Shown: positions 35,644 to 35,734 of the stretch, in pieces
Layout: each line of letters starts with the position of its first letter
How positions within the stretch are numbered: position 1 is the stretch's first letter
Source: a virus
Taxonomy: Duplodnaviria; Caudoviricetes
IMG/VR virus record: IMGVR_UViG_3300002092_000108
Location: 1 to 35,734 of that record
DNA length: 35,734 bases
Reading direction: 5' to 3' (one strand)
The notes under the pieces: model-generated
Databases searched by the model: none
Told to the model about the DNA's origin: nothing
What the model saw: only the letters and a program-made list of their open reading frames with translations
Program-made: the position numbers and the translations under genes

Positions 35644-35734
35644 ATGATTGATGACCCTAAATTGCAAGAACTTGCACAATTTACACCAGAAGGAAAACTT
35701 ACTCCTGGTTATGGCGATGGATACTTATTTTATG
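35644..35734 (+). CDS. 3'-truncated hypothetical protein
   Basis: MIDDPKLQELAQFTPEGKLTPGYGDGYLFY, open to the window end. Confidence 0.5.
   Translation, partial: MIDDPKLQELAQFTPEGKLTPGYGDGYLFY

Larger units (their letters stand above)
1..35734 (+). mobile_element. Near-complete temperate or plasmid-like podovirus-type bacteriophage genome
   Basis: Co-oriented TerS/TerL, portal, scaffold, capsid, ejection/adaptor/nozzle, fibre, lysin and tyrosine recombinase genes; no tape measure or tail tube; no host housekeeping genes. Confidence 0.93.

Noticed and set aside
1285-35679. Other minus-strand and nested ORFs in the track (e.g. 3429-3833, 14125-14433, 15647-16081, 25316-25657, 35440-35679)
   Set aside because: Shadow frames of well-supported + strand genes
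1-35734. CRISPR array, tRNA, DGR/retron, intron or intein
   Set aside because: No regular repeat-spacer array, cloverleaf, reverse transcriptase or splicing motifs seen by eye
1-35734. Stop-codon reassignment
   Set aside because: Long genes are intact in code 11 and TAA, TAG and TGA all end coupled genes

Overview
This window is a near-complete, AT-rich dsDNA tailed-phage genome with podovirus-like architecture, probably circularly permuted: it opens in the 3' end of a holin-like gene and closes just after the endolysin. Essentially all credible genes are on the + strand and use genetic code 11. Gene order: metallophosphoesterase/HAD module; structured non-coding control region; Xer-like tyrosine recombinase; second structured control region; early genes (secreted transglycosylase-like protein, Gp157-like, SSB-like, HTH, VRR-NUC, KGG protein); TerS; a split TerL; portal; scaffold; N4-gp56-type capsid; glycosyltransferase; tail-spike-like proteins (one with an SGNH fold); a CAP-domain moron; two putative ejection proteins; adaptor; nozzle; LamG/C1q fibre; lysis genes. 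Gene content suggests a Saccharibacteria (CPR) host, which is inference. No CI-like repressor, replication initiator, helicase, primase or polymerase is recognisable. The most striking signals are RNA-level. (1) A three-hairpin attenuator upstream of the recombinase has its first 23 nt complementary to a hairpin encoded 1.4 kb downstream, just behind a second attenuator, suggesting a trans-acting RNA switch. (2) Three late promoters are each followed by a covarying hairpin with an invariant UAC/AU internal loop overlapping an intrinsic terminator, suggesting an undescribed antitermination system. All family calls come from motif recognition by eye and all RNA pairings were folded by hand; no searches were run.
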